A stretch of 64,000 nucleotides of DNA from Rhina ancylostomus. Its lineage: Eukaryota. The first letter of the stretch is position 1. The number at the start of each line of letters is the position of its first letter. The position numbers and the translations under genes are program-made. The notes under the pieces are model-generated. The model did no database searches, was not told the origin of the DNA, and saw nothing but the letters and a program-made list of their open reading frames with translations. The stretch spans positions 81,041,874-81,105,873 of the forward strand of contig JARFYF010000084.1 in assembly GCA_030265395.1 (NCBI GenBank), in the 5' to 3' direction. Of this stretch, positions 63,921 through 64,000 are shown in pieces.

Positions 63921-64000
63921 CTAAGGGAGAGAAAGACTATACTAAGTGNNNNNNNNNNNNNNNNNNNNNNNNNNNNNNNNNNNNNNNNNNNNNNCTTGTT

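Overview
Vertebrate genomic DNA, most likely from a cartilaginous fish (the repeats resemble elasmobranch HE1/V-SINE, Deu-domain SINE and CR1/HER1 families), with many N gaps. The window holds one complete protein-coding gene on the minus strand, a TGF-beta receptor type II (TGFBR2 or a TGFBR2-like paralogue). It has 7 coding exons: 63631-63556, 46892-46730, 45559-45366, 35558-34747, 15314-15173, 7533-7406 and 5899-5693. All introns are GT-AG and the phases are consistent, giving a 1722-nt CDS and 573 aa. The rest is introns and a probable long 3' UTR filled with decayed LINEs, SINEs and three degenerate tandem-repeat arrays. The receptor is intact but differs from canonical TGFBR2 at functional motifs: DFG to DCG, VAVK to VAAK, loss of the IIL endocytosis motif, a ligand-interface I to K change, and a new C-terminal PDZ-type tail. 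There is also an in-frame uORF ending 3 nt before the start codon and an apparently conserved ETS/AP-1 promoter block. Comparisons to human TGFBR2 are from recall, not from an alignment. Repeat boundaries are approximate. I found no prokaryote-type novel system.
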